A stretch of DNA of 64,000 nucleotides from IMG/VR virus record IMGVR_UViG_3300037189_019086. One strand, written 5' to 3'. Below the pieces are notes generated by a model, which had not been told where the DNA came from, did no database searches, and saw only the letters and a program-made list of their open reading frames with translations. Below, one piece after another: positions 1 through 9,515 of this stretch. Source of the DNA: an uncultured virus (IMG/VR IMGVR_UViG_3300037189_019086). Lineage: Duplodnaviria; Heunggongvirae; Uroviricota; Caudoviricetes. Each line of letters opens with the position of its first letter. The stretch's first letter is position 1. The position numbers and the translations under genes are program-made.

Positions 1-3
1 GAC

Positions 4-3000
4 ATGCACCACATCGGGGAGGCGGCGGCCGGCGGCGCGGTCATGGGCGTGCCCATCGCCGGCATGCACGCGCTGGGCGGCGCCCGGGGCCAGATCGACG
101 CAGCAGCCGGCGCCGTGGGCGACGCGACCAAGAGCGCGGCGCAGTTCGTGGGTGACAAGGCCAAGGGTGTCGCCAAGGTGACGGGCGACGCCGCCACCAA
201 GGCCGGCGATGCGGCTGGAAGCGCCGCAGACGCCGCCGGCAAGAAGGTGGCGGGCATGGAGCTGCCCGACAGCCTGGAGGCGCTGTACGACGCCGGCAAG
301 ACCCGCACCAAGGACGTGCTGGACAAGATCGCCAAGAGCGACGACGTGATCGGCGACATCACGAAGTTCGCCGGCCTGCAAGGCGAGAAGCTGAAGCAGG
401 CGCTGGCCGGCGACGATGGCGAGCGGCTTCAGGCAGTGCGCGACTACGCGAAGGAGCTGGGCGACCAGCACCCGGCGGTGCGCGACTGGATGCAGGACGC
501 GGGCAACCGCACCAAGCAGGCTGCGGTGGCCGCTGCCAAGCAGGCCGAGGACGCCTACAGGACCGTGCAGGACCGCATCAACCGCTTCGGTGATGCGGTC
601 GACGAGCGTCTGAACGAGCGCAAGTTCAAGCGCGCCGACGGCGACAAGTACGAGGGCGGCACGGTGGTGGACGCCGACGGCACCGTGCTGGACGACGGCG
701 TCGTCAACACGACCGCCCGCGCAGAGGTGCCGCCCAGCCGGCGCATCAAGCGCTCCGAGGACGAGAGCGGCATCCGCGAGGCGCTGCAAGCCAAGCTGGT
801 GCCCGAGCTGCTGAAGATCGACCCGAACCTCGCCCGAGCCGTCAAAGACAAGAAGACCGCCAGCAAGCTGCACCGCGGGCTGAGCGGCCTGATCGAAGAG
901 CTGGCCAGCGGCCGGCAGCCGTCCGAGAAAGCCATGGCCCGGCTGATCGACCTGGCCGGCCCGGCGGCTGACCGCCTGCTGGAGGTGGCGCACTCCGTCG
1001 TGAGCGACAGCGCCGACAAGGCCAAGACCGCGACGTTCTTCAAGGGGCTGAACGAGTTCACCAAGATCCGCGACAGTGCCGACACGCTGGCCCAAGCTCA
1101 GCACAAGCTGCTGCGCCCCGAGCTTCAGCGCAGCACCAGCAACCACGACTTGCGGGAAGAGGCCCGGCTGCTGATGAAGTGGCTGGATGACAAGCGACCG
1201 ACTGAAGACCACTACCAGGAACAGGACGACGGTTCGCGCAAGCTAATGCAGCCGGCTGACCCCGAAGCGGTGCGGCTGAAGTACCGCATGGAGAAGTACC
1301 TGGAGACCCGCTACGGCGAGAACTCCAAGAAGCTGCTGACAGCGCTGGAGAAGGCGCGGCCGAAGGAAGAGAACCAGATCGAGCGCGCCCGCGTCAAGTA
1401 CGACGAGGACGGCCAGCCCATCGACAGCGGCGTGGACGACGGCTTCAGCGAGAGCGGGTCGCCGGGCAGGCGCATGCAGTTCTTCGGCGGCGGGCGCAAG
1501 GGCATGGACCTGATGCCCCACCCCGAGGACGACCCGGGTAAGGGCGGCTACCCGGGCATTGCCTCGCAGAAGCTGAACAAAGTGAAGGCGCTGCACCCCG
1601 ACTCGACTCCGCGCTTCATCACCGCGACCGAGATGGGCCTGGACCACCCGTGGGTCAAGGAGAAGTACAAGACCCTGGTGAAGATGGGCGAAGAATCGGG
1701 CGTGGACGGTGAGCGGTTTGCACGCGAGCAGCTCGACCGCTACGGCGTGATCGCCACCGAGCGGGCGCTTCAGGACACACAGCTCAGCTTCGATGAGCTG
1801 GACGCCATGAAGTTGGACCGCAAGCGCTACGCGGACAGCAAGTCGCGCATCGACACCGGAGACGACGGTCCGGTGCTGGACGCGGTCAAGGTCGTCAAGT
1901 CCATGGCCGAGCGTTTCGAGGGCGAGTACAGCGCCGGGGACGACGCGAGCCGTGTGGCCCGTTTGGGCCGCATGTTCGTCGAGGGCATCGCCGCCGTGCA
2001 GGACCACCTGGGCAAGGCGTTCGACATCCCCGACAGCACGGTGCTGGGGCGGCTGGACAAGCGCGAAGTGACGTGGGGCCAGGTCAAGAAGCTGGACACG
2101 CGCACGACCAAGGACAAGGTCGACGACAGCGTGTCCAAGCAGCTCGTGGCGCTGCGCAAGCAGTTCAAGGCCACCGAGGACAAGGCCCTGCGTGCCGAGA
2201 TTGCCAAGGAAGCCGCCGAGATTGACGCGCCGCGACAGGCTGCCAAGAACCGTGAGCTGGGTCGCGAGGACAGCCGCATGCAGCAGGACGACGCCCTGGA
2301 CTTCGAGGGCGACGTGGAGCGCGGCATCAACATGGACAAGCGCTCGCTGCGCGAGCAGGTCCGCGGTGTGCAGAAGCAGATCGAAGAGGTCGGCAAGCTG
2401 CTCGACGGCGAGGCGCAGTTCGGCCTGGGCGGCGAAGAAGTCAAGCTGCGCCAGCAGCTCGCCCGGTTGAACCAGCAGCTCGACGGCCTGCGCGCCCGTC
2501 AGGAGCGGGCTACGCCGGGCGAGAGCCTGGGCAGCGGCCAGCGCGAAATTGACCCGTTCGGCCAAATCCATCAGGCTGCGGGCTACGACGCACGCAAGGA
2601 GCCGGCGCCCATCAACCGCGACCGCACCGAACAGGCGCCGTCGCTGCTGGGGCCGCGGCGCGAGAAGCCAGCCGCCGAGAAGCCAGCGCCGCCCGACGAC
2701 GGCCCGCCGCTGAGCGCCTACGACGACGCGCCTTATCGCGACGGCAGCGCTGAACAGGTCAGCCAGGACACGGTGGACCGCGTCGCCGAACAGCGTCAAG
2801 CGTGGATCGCCGACGCGCTGAAGGAGGACGTCGCCACGTTCAAGGCGCGGGCAACCAAGCTCGACGCTGAGCGGCTGGGCCGGCTGGTCGAGTCCATGGA
2901 AACGATGGACCGCCCAGCGGGCATCCCCCCGGGACGCTGGCGAACTGCGCTCGACCACGCCCGCACGCAGCTTGAGCAAGGAGACCCCACCGGCCCAAAA

Positions 3001-6000
3001 GCCGTGGCCGCCAAGAAGGCGGCCTTCCTGGAGCGGGCACGTTCTGGCGATGAGACCCTGATCAAGGAGATTGCGCAGCACACCGACGCGGTGGGCTTGC
3101 AGAACGCTGTCATCCATCTGGCGCGCAGTGGCGACGTGACTGAGCCGAACACGGCCCGCACCATCGACGCCCTGAACGCTCGCATCGGCGAGCTGGTCAA
3201 GAGCGAGCCGCAGCAGGCGTACGACATGCTGCGCACTGACCGCAGCGGCGGCAAGAAATACAGCCTGGAGCAGATGAAGCGCAAGCCCATCACCCAGGAC
3301 AAGGAAGCCCTGGACCTGATGGCCAAGATGGGCTGGCAGTTCGACGAACTCAGCCTGGAGCGCTTCAGCACGCGCTCGCGTGAGACTGCGTGGCGCGCCA
3401 TGCTGAATGAAGCGCTGACCATCAAGGACGTGCGTGATGCGTCGCGCCTCAATGACGGCACCTGGGGCGGCAAAGGCAAAGCGCTCAGCCACTTGAACGG
3501 CATCCTGGCCGACCGCTACGGCAGCGTGACCGAGGAACTCGGCCGGCGCATGAAGGACATGCCGACGGAAATGGATCTGGCCGCTGCGCACTTCGGCCCG
3601 ATGGAGGACACGCGCTCAGCCGGCGAGAAGGCCCGCGACCGGATGGCAGACCGCACGCGCACGTTGCAGATCGCTTCACGCACGGACGAGGCTCTGGAGG
3701 GCATGGCGCACAGCCGCGCAGAAGGTGAACTCTGGCAAGACCAAGCCGAAGCCGACATGGAAGGCGTGGCCTACGACGAGGCAAACGCCGAACGAGACCG
3801 CGCCCGCCACTTCGCCCGCGAGCTGAAAAAGCTGCAAGCCGAGCGCGAGCGAGCACGGAAAGAAGCGCCGGGTTGGGAGCAGCACGCTTCCAGTTACGAC
3901 GAAGGAGAAGACTACAGCTTCAGCATGGAGCAAGTCACCCCCGGCGCCACCGGCCCGGTCAACCGCAAGGAGGTCTACGACCACATCCACAAGACGCTGG
4001 GCAACTCCGTGCGCGTGGCCTGGGCAAACCTGCTGCACGCTGGCGAGTTCGAGCGCGTAAACCTGCCGCGTGGTGGCGTGGAGGACGTGATCCGGCTGAG
4101 CATCCACTCGATGAACCCGCTGTCCACGGCGTACCACGAGAGCCTGCACGCGTTCATGCAGAAGCTGAGCGACATGAAGCAGGGTCAGGTCATGGACGTG
4201 CTGCTGAAGGCCGGCGAGAGCGCGCACGTGCTCGACCAGCTCCGCACCTGGATGAAGGACCGCGGCATGGGCGACGCTGCGCTGGCGCAGCTCCGCGACC
4301 CGGAAGAGCGCGCTGCCTACATGTACCAAGCGTGGGCTGAGGGCAAGCTGAAGATCACCGGCCAGCCCAAGACCGTGCTGGGCAAGATCGCCGACTTCAT
4401 CCGCTCCGTGCTGGGCACGTGGTCCAACGACGAGCGCGCCCTGCACATCCTCGATTACTTCCACAGCGGCGAGTTCGCCAGGAACATGGGCGACCGCGAC
4501 AAGGTGCGGGCGGACCTGATGGACGTCCACCGCAACAAGGCCATCGAGACGGCGCGCAAGATGACGCAGCCGATCCTCAACCTGGGCGAGAACCTCGCGG
4601 TGGCTGGCCACCAGCGGCTGCGCGACACGGGCATCCCGGCGCTGCGCGAGCTGGCCGACGCCATGAAGCTGCACACCGTGGCCGAGGGCGACGACCCGGG
4701 CTTCCTGCCGGCGGCGCGCACCGAGCGCACGCGAGTGATGAACCGGCTGGCGGCGGACCTGAAGGGCTTCAGCCCCGAGTCGATCCAGGCGGCGCTGGAG
4801 AGCTTGCAGCGCAAGAGCAATGCGCCCATCGCGGCCATGGCCGCCGGCGCCGACCGGGGCAACGCGCACACGGCCAAGATCGTCGTGCGCAAGCTGCTGG
4901 ACAACATGTACGACTACATGACCGACGCGGGCGTGAAGGTCAACGACATGGGCGTGGGCAAGGACTACTTCCCCCGCGTCTACGACACCAGCTACATCAG
5001 CAGCCACCAGCAGGAGTTCAAGAACGTCCTGGCCCGCCACGGCGTGAAGAACACCGACAAGGTGCTGGCCAAGATCATGGTGACTGAGGGCGCCGAGTTC
5101 AACGCTGAGGTGGACAAGCCCGGCATGCAGCACCTGAAGCCGCGTGACCTCGCGCACATCCCCGAAGCCGAGCTGGCTCCGTTCATGCGCAAGAACCTGA
5201 ACGAGATCCTCAACGGCTACGTGACCCAGGCCACGCGCCGGGCGGAGTGGGCGCGGCGGTTCGGCGACAAGGGTGAGGTCATCACGAAGCTGCTGGAGCA
5301 GGCCAAGCAGGAGGGCGCCACGCCTGAAGACCTGGACAGCGCGCAGAAGTTCGTGCGTGCTGTGGACGGTACGCTGGGCGACACGATCAACCCGGAAGCC
5401 CGCCGGCTGTTCGGCAACCTGATCGTCTACCAGAACGTGCGGCTGCTGCCGCTGATGATCTTCAGCTCGCTAGTGGACCCGATGGGCATCGCGGTCCGCG
5501 GCGGTACTACGGGCGAGGCGTTCAACGCGTTCAAGCGAGGCATCAGCGAAATCCCGAAGAACTTCAAGAAGAACCCGACGGACGACGCGGCCACGAAATT
5601 CGCCGCCAGCATCGGCACCATCGACGATGCGTCGCTGGTGCACACGCTGGGCGCGCTGTACTCGCAGGGCATGGTGGGCGACACGGGCCGGAAGATCAAC
5701 GACACGCTGTTCCGCTACAACCTCGCCGAGCAGTTCAACACCAGCATGCGGGTGAGCGCCACCGAGGCGGCGATGGGCTTCCTGGCACGGCACGCTGACG
5801 GCACGGCCAGCCGCCACAGCGCACGCTGGCTCAACGAGCTGGGCCTGAACCCGGGCGACATCCAGCTCGACGCCAGCGGCCGGCCCAAGGTGTTCCAGCA
5901 CGAAGGGCTGACGCTGGAACAGAGCGCCAAGATGAAGGCGGCGATCAACCGCTGGGTGGACGGCGCGGTGCTGCGGCCCGATGCGGCCGACAAGCCGATC

Positions 6001-6489
6001 TGGATGAGCGACCCGCACTTCTCGCTGATCGCGCACCTGAAGCAGTTCACCTACAGCTTCCACGAGACCATCCTCAAGCGCGTGGCGCACGAGTACCAGA
6101 ACGGCAACTACACGCCGGCCATGGCCCTGGCCAGCTACGTGCCGATGATGATCGCGGCGGACATGGCCAAGGGGATGATCCAGGGCGGCGGCTCGCAGCC
6201 GAGCTGGAAGGACGACTGGGGCATGGGCGACTACATCGCCTCCGGCATCGAACGTGCCGGGCTGCTGGGTGTCGGCCAATTCGGTGTGGACATGCTGCGC
6301 GACGCAGCGCGTGGCGGCACGGGCGTTGGCGCCCTGGTCGGGCCGACCATCGAACAGCTTGCCGACGCTGCACGGGTGATGGGTGGACGCGAGGCGTTCG
6401 GCTCGTTCGCCCTGAAGAGCATGCCCGCGAATGCGCTCTATGCCGGCGCACTGGGCGGCGAAGGGACTGACCCCAAGTTTGTCGACTGA
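4..6489 (+). CDS. Giant internal virion/DNA-ejection protein with a zincin-like HExxH motif (probably 5'-truncated by the window edge)
   Basis: 2161-aa ORF with strong GC3 codon bias, directly upstream of the lysis genes; AYHESLH at 4129-4149 with downstream EERAAY; helical C-terminus resembling podovirus ejection proteins; frame is open at position 1. Confidence 0.7.
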   Translation: MHHIGEAAAGGAVMGVPIAGMHALGGARGQIDAAAGAVGDATKSAAQFVGDKAKGVAKVTGDAATKAGDAAGSAADAAGKKVAGMELPDSLEALYDAGKTRTKDVLDKIAKSDDVIGDITKFAGLQGEKLKQALAGDDGERLQAVRDYAKELGDQHPAVRDWMQDAGNRTKQAAVAAAKQAEDAYRTVQDRINRFGDAVDERLNERKFKRADGDKYEGGTVVDADGTVLDDGVVNTTARAEVPPSRRIKRSEDESGIREALQAKLVPELLKIDPNLARAVKDKKTASKLHRGLSGLIEELASGRQPSEKAMARLIDLAGPAADRLLEVAHSVVSDSADKAKTATFFKGLNEFTKIRDSADTLAQAQHKLLRPELQRSTSNHDLREEARLLMKWLDDKRPTEDHYQEQDDGSRKLMQPADPEAVRLKYRMEKYLETRYGENSKKLLTALEKARPKEENQIERARVKYDEDGQPIDSGVDDGFSESGSPGRRMQFFGGGRKGMDLMPHPEDDPGKGGYPGIASQKLNKVKALHPDSTPRFITATEMGLDHPWVKEKYKTLVKMGEESGVDGERFAREQLDRYGVIATERALQDTQLSFDELDAMKLDRKRYADSKSRIDTGDDGPVLDAVKVVKSMAERFEGEYSAGDDASRVARLGRMFVEGIAAVQDHLGKAFDIPDSTVLGRLDKREVTWGQVKKLDTRTTKDKVDDSVSKQLVALRKQFKATEDKALRAEIAKEAAEIDAPRQAAKNRELGREDSRMQQDDALDFEGDVERGINMDKRSLREQVRGVQKQIEEVGKLLDGEAQFGLGGEEVKLRQQLARLNQQLDGLRARQERATPGESLGSGQREIDPFGQIHQAAGYDARKEPAPINRDRTEQAPSLLGPRREKPAAEKPAPPDDGPPLSAYDDAPYRDGSAEQVSQDTVDRVAEQRQAWIADALKEDVATFKARATKLDAERLGRLVESMETMDRPAGIPPGRWRTALDHARTQLEQGDPTGPKAVAAKKAAFLERARSGDETLIKEIAQHTDAVGLQNAVIHLARSGDVTEPNTARTIDALNARIGELVKSEPQQAYDMLRTDRSGGKKYSLEQMKRKPITQDKEALDLMAKMGWQFDELSLERFSTRSRETAWRAMLNEALTIKDVRDASRLNDGTWGGKGKALSHLNGILADRYGSVTEELGRRMKDMPTEMDLAAAHFGPMEDTRSAGEKARDRMADRTRTLQIASRTDEALEGMAHSRAEGELWQDQAEADMEGVAYDEANAERDRARHFARELKKLQAERERARKEAPGWEQHASSYDEGEDYSFSMEQVTPGATGPVNRKEVYDHIHKTLGNSVRVAWANLLHAGEFERVNLPRGGVEDVIRLSIHSMNPLSTAYHESLHAFMQKLSDMKQGQVMDVLLKAGESAHVLDQLRTWMKDRGMGDAALAQLRDPEERAAYMYQAWAEGKLKITGQPKTVLGKIADFIRSVLGTWSNDERALHILDYFHSGEFARNMGDRDKVRADLMDVHRNKAIETARKMTQPILNLGENLAVAGHQRLRDTGIPALRELADAMKLHTVAEGDDPGFLPAARTERTRVMNRLAADLKGFSPESIQAALESLQRKSNAPIAAMAAGADRGNAHTAKIVVRKLLDNMYDYMTDAGVKVNDMGVGKDYFPRVYDTSYISSHQQEFKNVLARHGVKNTDKVLAKIMVTEGAEFNAEVDKPGMQHLKPRDLAHIPEAELAPFMRKNLNEILNGYVTQATRRAEWARRFGDKGEVITKLLEQAKQEGATPEDLDSAQKFVRAVDGTLGDTINPEARRLFGNLIVYQNVRLLPLMIFSSLVDPMGIAVRGGTTGEAFNAFKRGISEIPKNFKKNPTDDAATKFAASIGTIDDASLVHTLGALYSQGMVGDTGRKINDTLFRYNLAEQFNTSMRVSATEAAMGFLARHADGTASRHSARWLNELGLNPGDIQLDASGRPKVFQHEGLTLEQSAKMKAAINRWVDGAVLRPDAADKPIWMSDPHFSLIAHLKQFTYSFHETILKRVAHEYQNGNYTPAMALASYVPMMIAADMAKGMIQGGGSQPSWKDDWGMGDYIASGIERAGLLGVGQFGVDMLRDAARGGTGVGALVGPTIEQLADAARVMGGREAFGSFALKSMPANALYAGALGGEGTDPKFVD

Positions 6490-6505
6490 AGCAGCGAGGT
6501 AAAAC

Positions 6506-6964
6506 ATGACGCCGCATTTCAACTTGGCCGAGTTCACGCGCAGCGACGTGGCTACGCGCAGGGGCATCGACAACAGTCTGCCTGCCGAGCTGGTGCCGGC
6601 TGCCCGGCAGACCCTGGAGATGCTGGAGCGCATCCGGCGACGGCTGTCGGATCTGGCACAACGCGACGTGCCAATCATCGTGAGCAGTGGCTACCGCTGC
6701 CCGGCGCTGAACACCGTGATCGGGAGCAGCAGCACCAGCGACCACATCAAGGCATGCGCGGCGGACTGGTCGGCGCCATCGTTTGGCAAGCCAGTGGATG
6801 TCTGCCGGGCGCTGGCGCCAATGGTCGGCATCCTGGGCATCGGGCAGTTGATCCACGAGTTTGGCCAGTGGGTGCATACCAGCACCCTCGTACCGCAGCG
6901 TGTGTCCAACCGCATCATCACCATCAGCAAAGCCGGCGTAGTAACTGGCATCGTGGAGGTTTAA
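6506..6964 (+). CDS. Endolysin, peptidase M15A-like Zn peptidase
   Basis: HFNLAEF N-terminus, SSGYRCPALN, SDH...AAD and WVH motifs; GAGG RBS. Confidence 0.88.
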   Translation: MTPHFNLAEFTRSDVATRRGIDNSLPAELVPAARQTLEMLERIRRRLSDLAQRDVPIIVSSGYRCPALNTVIGSSSTSDHIKACAADWSAPSFGKPVDVCRALAPMVGILGIGQLIHEFGQWVHTSTLVPQRVSNRIITISKAGVVTGIVEV

Positions 6965-7354
6965 GTGGCAGACCCTATCAGCGCAGCGCTCACCATCGGC
7001 GGCCAGCTCATTGACAGGCTCTGGCCGGACCCGGAGAAAAAGGCTCAGGCCCAGATCGCGCTACTGGAGCTTGCCCAGCGCGGCGAGCTTGCTGAACTGA
7101 CCTCGCGTGCTCAGATCGTGCAGGCTGAGGCGGCGAGTGACCACTGGCTGGCCGCGAACTGGCGACCGTTGCTGATGCTGACGTTCGGCGCCTTGATCGT
7201 TGCGCGGTGGTTTGGCTGGGCTGCGCCGAACTTGTCTGAGGCCGAATACTTGAAGCTGTGGAGCATCGTGGAGTTCGGCATCGGCGGGTACGTTGTCGGC
7301 CGCAGCGCCGAGAAAATTGTGCCCGCTGTCGCCGCGGCGATTAAGTCTAGGTGA
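6965..7354 (+). CDS. Holin (3TM / GTA-holin-like family)
   Basis: IDRLWPDP, NWRPLLMLTF, hydrophobic segments and GYVVGRSAEK; abuts the endolysin stop. Confidence 0.8.
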   Translation: MADPISAALTIGGQLIDRLWPDPEKKAQAQIALLELAQRGELAELTSRAQIVQAEAASDHWLAANWRPLLMLTFGALIVARWFGWAAPNLSEAEYLKLWSIVEFGIGGYVVGRSAEKIVPAVAAAIKSR

Positions 7355-7399
7355 CGACGTCGGCCGTAGTCCCTAAGTTCGTAGGTAAAACGGCGCTCC

Positions 7400-7503
7400 G
7401 TTCTCTCTACCTCTATAGGTACTTATACTCTTATACTTATACTTCTCTATCTTCTAGAAAAATAAGAATAGATAGGTAGAGAGGGTATAAATGGAAAAGG
7501 TTT
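7400..7503. other. AT-rich origin-like element, copy 1
   Basis: Pyrimidine-rich then purine-rich tract; CTTATACTCTTATACTTATACT (7422-7443) is identical to 35777-35798. Confidence 0.55.
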
Positions 7504-7690
7504 TCGGGCTCAAAAGTCAAAGCCATAAGCGCACGCTCACGTGACGTGATGGGCACCCGGCGACCGACCTGACGCGGCCGGACCTTGAAAGCGGCGAGAA
7601 ACGTAGTTGTGACGAGCCGGCAGACTTCGGGGCTATTCGCTGCGACGAAGATTCTTCCCGGTCGCACGACGGCCCTCGGTCTGACTCCCG

Positions 7691-7921
7691 TCAGTCCTGG
7701 GCCTTCTTGAAGCCTTGCCTGAAGCCCGCGGCGAATCGACGCGCCGCCCCGTCAACCTTGCCTGCAACGACTCCGGTGGTCGATGCGACGTTGTCGATGG
7801 AGACGCCCGTGATGCGCCGCCACAGCGAGCGCAGTGCGCGAACGATCAGCCCCAGGCAGTAGACAAAGAGCAGAAAGATGACGCCCTTGAAGGCGGCGTC
7901 CATGATGGCGTAGGTGTCCAT
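7691..7921 (-). CDS. Small membrane protein
   Basis: One hydrophobic helix (GVIFLLFVYCLGLIV); last gene of the leftward arm. Confidence 0.55.
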   Translation of the reverse strand: MDTYAIMDAAFKGVIFLLFVYCLGLIVRALRSLWRRITGVSIDNVASTTGVVAGKVDGAARRFAAGFRQGFKKAQD

Positions 7922-7951
7922 GGTGCGCTCCGAAGAGCGCACAGTGTAGAA

Positions 7952-8602
7952 CTACCAGCGCCGTCCGTTCACCGTGGCGGTGAACTCACAAGCCTCGATG
8001 TCAGCCGTGATGATGACCGTGTCCCCTTCGACAAGGTCATCCGATCTGGCCAGCTTCTGAGAAAACTCATCGAGCTTGGGAAAGACGTAGTCACCGAGCG
8101 TGAACAGGTCGGTTCTGCACCGCCCGTACCGCCGGTAGGCTGCGCGCACACCGGCGCGCAGCCAGGAGACGCAGACAAGCTGAAGTGTGTTCGGGTAGTA
8201 AGGCTCACCATCGAAGTTCCGCGCATGCGCGTTGAACGCCTTGGGCACAGCCAGCCCGATGACCTTCTCGGCCCAGTCGTAGTCGCGCAGCGGACGGGAC
8301 GGCAGCGGGCGTGGATCTTCGAGCCCGTCCATCCAGTCGTTCATGGCGCCCTCCATCACCTGTGCCAAGTTCTGCTCGGCAGAGATGTAGCGGTTGCGAG
8401 CGCTGTCGATGCGGATCACCAGCATCGCGCCCAGCGCCATCAGCTCGGCCTCGGCCGCGTTGCACTGCGGCACCAGGAAGTGCTCCAGCATGTCGTGCCC
8501 AACGCGCCGGAACGGGTCTGCGCCCTTGATCCAGGTCGGCAGGAAGCCCAGTTCGCCGCTGTCCTCATGCTGAGCGAACTCGAAACGGCGGGCGATGCGC
8601 AT
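7952..8602 (-). CDS. Hypothetical protein
   Basis: ATG at 8602 just after the upstream stop; coding-like codon usage. Confidence 0.6.
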   Translation of the reverse strand: MRIARRFEFAQHEDSGELGFLPTWIKGADPFRRVGHDMLEHFLVPQCNAAEAELMALGAMLVIRIDSARNRYISAEQNLAQVMEGAMNDWMDGLEDPRPLPSRPLRDYDWAEKVIGLAVPKAFNAHARNFDGEPYYPNTLQLVCVSWLRAGVRAAYRRYGRCRTDLFTLGDYVFPKLDEFSQKLARSDDLVEGDTVIITADIEACEFTATVNGRRW

Positions 8603-8604
8603 GA

Positions 8605-8895
8605 TCAGCTCGACGCCCAGCCGAAGAACAGCCACTCGTTGTCGCTGACGCGCAGGCAGCCGGCCGGACCCCACTTGTCGTCGATGCGCGAATCGTCGCG
8701 GTCGATGAGCTTCTGCGCGTACTCCGACGGCTTCTCACCGACGGGCAACTGGATGATCGTGAACTCGGTCTTCTCGGCGATGGTGCCGGTGTAGCCGCTG
8801 TGGCCATGATCGTAGACAGCTTGTTCACGCGCAGCCTTGAAGGCGTCCGCCGCGGTCTTGCCCTTGGCGGTCTGGAAGAAGGTCTCGGCACCCAT
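8605..8895 (-). CDS. Hypothetical phage protein
   Basis: MGAETF...HGHSGYTGTIAEK...WLFFGWASS; good codon bias. Confidence 0.7.
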   Translation of the reverse strand: MGAETFFQTAKGKTAADAFKAAREQAVYDHGHSGYTGTIAEKTEFTIIQLPVGEKPSEYAQKLIDRDDSRIDDKWGPAGCLRVSDNEWLFFGWASS

Positions 8896-8974
8896 GTCGA
8901 ATCTCGAAGTCACACCGGCGCGGCACAGCCAGCGCCAAGTGCTTGGTAGTAAACAACGAACGGACTCGGCGACT

Positions 8975-9023
8975 CACCTTGACATGGTGGGGGTCGTTGG
9001 TTCGAGTCCAATCGCGCCTACCA
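8975..9023 (+). mobile_element. attP: attP core: 3' part of a tRNA-Val(GAC) gene
   Basis: CACC-TTGACAT-GGTG anticodon arm, GTTGG-TTCGAGT-CCAAT T arm, ends in CCA; the 5' acceptor strand and D arm are absent; integrase lies 1.6 kb away. Confidence 0.88.
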
Positions 9024-9028
9024 TCTAC

Positions 9029-9053
9029 GCCCGGTGAGCTGGACTCACCGGGC
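9029..9053 (+). terminator. Hairpin directly after the att/tRNA 3' end
   Basis: GCCCGGTGAG-CTGGA-CTCACCGGGC perfect 10-bp stem; no U tail. Confidence 0.5.
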
Positions 9054-9119
9054 ACCGTAGATGGATCTGAGAACAGCCTGAGAACGTCACGCGCAGGCTG
9101 TCGAAGTCACATCGAAGCG

Positions 9120-9326
9120 TCACAGCCCTCCGGCCTTCATGATCTTGTCGATCACGTGCCCAGCTTCGACGTTGACGTGGAAGAGGTAGTAGCCTTCGGG
9201 CTCCGGCTCGCAGTAGAAGCTCACCGACGCGCAGACCAGCGCTTTGGCCAGCCACGCAGCTTCGAGTTCGGTGACGCAGCGACGGGATGTCGTCGGCGTC
9301 GTGTTCGTGTTGATGACGAGCATCAC
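9120..9326 (-). CDS. Hypothetical protein
   Basis: Overlaps the upstream stop by 4 nt; AAGGAG RBS. Confidence 0.55.
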   Translation of the reverse strand: MMLVINTNTTPTTSRRCVTELEAAWLAKALVCASVSFYCEPEPEGYYLFHVNVEAGHVIDKIMKAGGL

Positions 9327-9514
9327 GCAGGCTCCTTGTCCACCACGGTCGGGTAGACCTTCCGATCACGCGGAGTTGCTGTGCGGATGCGCACCCAGCC
9401 GATGCCGACCCACTCCATCAGGTTGATGCCATCGACCACGCGGTCGTACTTCTTCTCGTTGCCCGCGGCCATGCGCAGGTTGCCGAGTTCGCGGCGAAGG
9501 ACAGTCGTGGTCAC
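9323..9514 (-). CDS. Hypothetical protein
   Basis: Packed between the ligase and the next ORF; EWVGIGW motif. Confidence 0.6.
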   Translation of the reverse strand: MTTTVLRRELGNLRMAAGNEKKYDRVVDGINLMEWVGIGWVRIRTATPRDRKVYPTVVDKEPA

Positions 9515-9515
9515 A

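Noticed and set aside
4..6489. N4-type virion RNA polymerase
   Set aside because: No recognisable single-subunit RNAP catalytic motifs in the visible part; an N4-gp56-like capsid alone does not imply it
8947..9023. Complete tRNA-Val gene
   Set aside because: Sequence upstream of 8975 has no strand complementary to the acceptor 3' strand and no D arm; only the 3' part is present, as expected for an att core
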